A program made the position numbers and the translations under genes. DNA of 64,000 nucleotides from an uncultured Planctomycetaceae bacterium (lineage in GTDB: Bacteria > Planctomycetota > Planctomycetia > Planctomycetales > Planctomycetaceae): the NCBI GenBank assembly GCA_963813715.1, contig CAWFAK010000007.1:704001-768000 (forward strand), written 5' to 3'. This document shows positions 61,406 through 64,000 of the stretch, one piece after another. The notes under the pieces were generated by a model that saw nothing but the letters and a program-made list of their open reading frames with translations, ran no database searches and was not told the DNA's origin. Position 1 is the stretch's first letter. The number at the start of each line of letters is the position of its first letter.

Positions 61406-62603
61406 CTGCCCACGGTTCGGACGTCGTGACTTTCTGGCAGCCGGTGGTGCCTTGGCACTGGGCGGGTTGGTGCCTGCGGGCGTGCACGCGGGCGAAAAGG
61501 CGGCTGTTGCGTCGACGCCCGCGCCGGCGGCGCCGATCGACCCCAAACACAAAGCGCTCGTCGGCATCGCCCGCGGCTCGAGCATCGAGGATTCGGTGAA
61601 GTCGGCCGTGGCGTTGGCCGGCGGTCTCGACTTCATCAAGCCGGGCCAAACCGTGCTGATCAAGCCGAACGTCACCGGGGCCGCCAAATTCCCGACGACG
61701 ACGAACCCGGAAGTTTTGTACGCGGTGATCAAGCTCGTCGCAGCGCGGGGACCGAAGCAGATCTACGTCTCCGACCGCAGCTTCTCGCCGGCCTTCAGTA
61801 CAGCCGCGCCGAAGACGATCGACGTGATGCGCTACGTGGGACACATCGCCGCTATCGAGCAGGCCAAGAAAGACGTCAAAGCTCCGGTGATGGCCCTGGG
61901 CCTGGAATCGGCAGCGGGCGAGCTGGAGCGTCTGGGACGTCCGAAGGGGACGCCAGTTTGGCGGAAAATCAACCCGGCCAACGCGAAGCACTGGCCCAAC
62001 GGCTTCGAGCAGGCTGAACTGCTTTTTGCGGTCGACCACGTGATCAACGTGCCGGTGATCAAAACGCATTTTCAGGCATGGTTCACCATGTCGATGAAGG
62101 CCTTTGTCGGCATGAGCCATCATCGCTCGCGCTTCGAGTTTCACCGGTCGCTGGCGGGCGATTTCAGTCTCTTCCACCAGAAGTCCCGCCGGCGCCGCCG
62201 CCGCGGCATCGTTCCCGACGTGGCGGCCGAAGACGCGGCCGTGGCTCCGTTCGTCAATCGCATCGCCGAGCTCAATCTGGGCCTCAAGCCGGCGCTCAAC
62301 ATCCTGGACGGCTCGAACTCGTTCGTGTTCGGCGGCCCCTCGCAGGGGGACACGGCCCAGCCGAAAGTCATCGTCGCCAGCACCGACCGCATCGCCGCCG
62401 ACGCGACGGGCATCGCCGTGCTTAAAAACATCGGCACGGAGCCGCGGCTGCAGAACCGGCCGATCTGGAGCAATCCGTTCCTGCGTCACGCCATCAAGAT
62501 CGGCCTGGGCGTCGGCTCGCCCGCGCAGATCGTGCTGAAAGACGCCGGCATCCCCGCGGCCGACATCGAGCGGATCCGCACGCTCTTGTTGCAGACTGCG
62601 TGA
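61395..62603 (+). CDS. DUF362 domain protein with Tat signal
   Basis: GRRDFL; VLIKPN..TTNPEV; INVPVIKTH; NILDG; ASTDRIAADA. Confidence 0.88.
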   Translation: MHPNCPRFGRRDFLAAGGALALGGLVPAGVHAGEKAAVASTPAPAAPIDPKHKALVGIARGSSIEDSVKSAVALAGGLDFIKPGQTVLIKPNVTGAAKFPTTTNPEVLYAVIKLVAARGPKQIYVSDRSFSPAFSTAAPKTIDVMRYVGHIAAIEQAKKDVKAPVMALGLESAAGELERLGRPKGTPVWRKINPANAKHWPNGFEQAELLFAVDHVINVPVIKTHFQAWFTMSMKAFVGMSHHRSRFEFHRSLAGDFSLFHQKSRRRRRRGIVPDVAAEDAAVAPFVNRIAELNLGLKPALNILDGSNSFVFGGPSQGDTAQPKVIVASTDRIAADATGIAVLKNIGTEPRLQNRPIWSNPFLRHAIKIGLGVGSPAQIVLKDAGIPAADIERIRTLLLQTA

Positions 62604-62800
62604 CGGACGCCACGAGCGAAGTTCGCAAGCTGCCCGTCAATCCTTCGTCGCCCAGGCGTCCGCGTAAGAAGCGCGGTAGGCCCGATAGACGGCAGGATAC
62701 TTTGCCTGTAGCGTCTGCAGCGTGATCGCATTCGCCATCCGCTCGCCCTTGATGCTGAAGATCGAGAAGGTTACCTCTCTCGCTCCGGCATAGTGCACCG

Positions 62801-63646
62801 TCAGGATCTCCTCGCGGCCTTTGAGCGAGACGATGGGCTGCGGGCTTGGCGTGGCGACGTGCTGCTCGACTTTTCCGACTTTTCTTCGCTCTTCGGACTC
62901 GAGCCGTCGTTCTTGCCGGCGCTCGGTTTCGCCGCGGTCCGCTCGCCGGTGAAGTCGATCGTCCCCTTGTTGTCCCCGAGTTCGAAGGCGAGGTTCCCCT
63001 TGAGCGAATTTCCTTCGAGCGTGGCCTTGTAAACTCCCTTGAATTTCTGGCCGTCGCGGTCGACCGCAATTTGCCAGCTCAGGTCGTTGCCCTGCAGCTT
63101 CAGTTCCTGGGCCGGCTGCTCGCCCAAGCGGCCGGTATACGTCCCCTTCAGCTTCTCCCCGTCGGCCGTTAGTTTCAGGGTCGACTCGATCGAATCGCCG
63201 TTAGCCTCGATCTTGAGTTTCCAGGTCCCCACAACGTCGTCCAGATCGACGCCCCGCTTCGCTGTCCACGGGAGCGGGACCGAGTTGTCCTCGACGATCA
63301 CGTCGATGTCGCCATTGATTTCGTCCTGGCTCAGCTTGCCGTGAAATTTGGCGTGAATCTTCTGGTCGTTGAATTTGCCGTCGGCCTCGAACGAGAGCTC
63401 CCCCTTCTCGAACTTGCCGTTGGAAATGGGGACCGTTTGTCCGCTGCGGCGGTAGGTGCCGGTGACCTTGCCGTCCTTGTTGACGAGCTTGAGCACGCTG
63501 CGGTTGCTTTCCCCCTCGAGCTCGCGCGACCAGACCCAGGTCCCCGTCGGATCGTTCTTGGCATCCGCCCCCCGGCTGTAACTGGCGGGCCCCCACGCCA
63601 GCACCAACGTCAACAACGACCAGGCCAAGCTTCGTCCGTGCATCAT
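62801..63646 (-). CDS. Exported hypothetical protein with two repeated beta-barrel domains
   Basis: AAGGAG RBS, signal peptide, internal repeat (TGTWVW..LKL..GKVTGTY..WTAKR / VGTWKL..LKL..EKLKGTY..FTGER). Confidence 0.75.
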   Translation of the reverse strand: MMHGRSLAWSLLTLVLAWGPASYSRGADAKNDPTGTWVWSRELEGESNRSVLKLVNKDGKVTGTYRRSGQTVPISNGKFEKGELSFEADGKFNDQKIHAKFHGKLSQDEINGDIDVIVEDNSVPLPWTAKRGVDLDDVVGTWKLKIEANGDSIESTLKLTADGEKLKGTYTGRLGEQPAQELKLQGNDLSWQIAVDRDGQKFKGVYKATLEGNSLKGNLAFELGDNKGTIDFTGERTAAKPSAGKNDGSSPKSEEKSEKSSSTSPRQARSPSSRSKAARRS

Positions 63647-64000
63647 CTCGCTCCTTTGAGTGGATTCGATTTCCCGAATCCGCGCGCCCGTTGCGTCGAA
63701 CGTGAAGTCGCCGCTTCCGAAAAAATCGTATCGCTTGGTTCCCGTCGGAAGCAAGGCGACTTGGCCATTAGCGTGACGTGTCGGGTGGCAAATTGAATCG
63801 TGTTCGCGCCTCTTGTAGGATCACGGCGTCGCGCGTTGCCTCGTGCTTTCGAGCCGCGTTTGTCAGATCGTCTCCGCTTGTCCGCAAGGTTACGCCATGC
63901 GTTTGCTCGCCCAATCCTCGGATGCACGGGGCATCCGTCACCTACTGTCGGCAACGTTGGTCTGCGGCGTTGTCTCGCTCGGCCCCTTGACTGTGCGGGC

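Noticed and set aside
1..64000. CRISPR arrays, tRNA/rRNA, transposases/integrases, att sites
   Set aside because: No regularly spaced repeats, cloverleaf or rRNA signatures, or recombinase motifs recognised by eye.

Overview
GC-rich bacterial DNA, almost certainly from a planctomycete: it carries the DUF1549/DUF1553/planctomycete cytochrome c + DUF1501 pair, GYF_2 proteins and an expanded MoxR-vWA cluster. Many otherwise normal genes, including truA, change frame, which points to long-read indel errors, so several ORFs in the track are split or falsely fused. From left to right: (1) the 3' part of a membrane-anchored GTPase/GAP1-type conflict-system-like operon ending in GYF proteins and a trypsin-like protease (1-8554); (2) sugar isomerase, pectate lyase and flavin oxidoreductase; (3) a minus-strand accessory cluster (12.6-22.2 kb) encoding a Sec-signal + double-glycine-leader precursor with 14 Cys, a stand-alone exported C39 peptidase, a DUF1573-like lipoprotein, a putative alpha/alpha-toroid enzyme, a LolA-like membrane-anchored protein, an ECF sigma/anti-sigma pair and a PAS kinase/ANTAR regulator, flanked by an ACP and a divergent MBOAT/SGNH acylation pair. 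This is the best candidate for an undescribed peptide export, modification and signalling system; (4) a 10-gene MoxR/DUF58/BatA/vWA/prenyltransferase-repeat/TlpA operon with tandem paralogs; (5) an RmuC/DUF2130-like protein, DUF1553-DUF1501-DUF1080, folate genes, argH, truA, a GT4, ppgK, a HAD hydrolase, alkA, a pentaheme cytochrome with a Tat-exported DUF362 protein, and hypotheticals. No rRNA, tRNA, CRISPR array or transposase was recognised. All family calls come from motif recognition by eye, not database searches.
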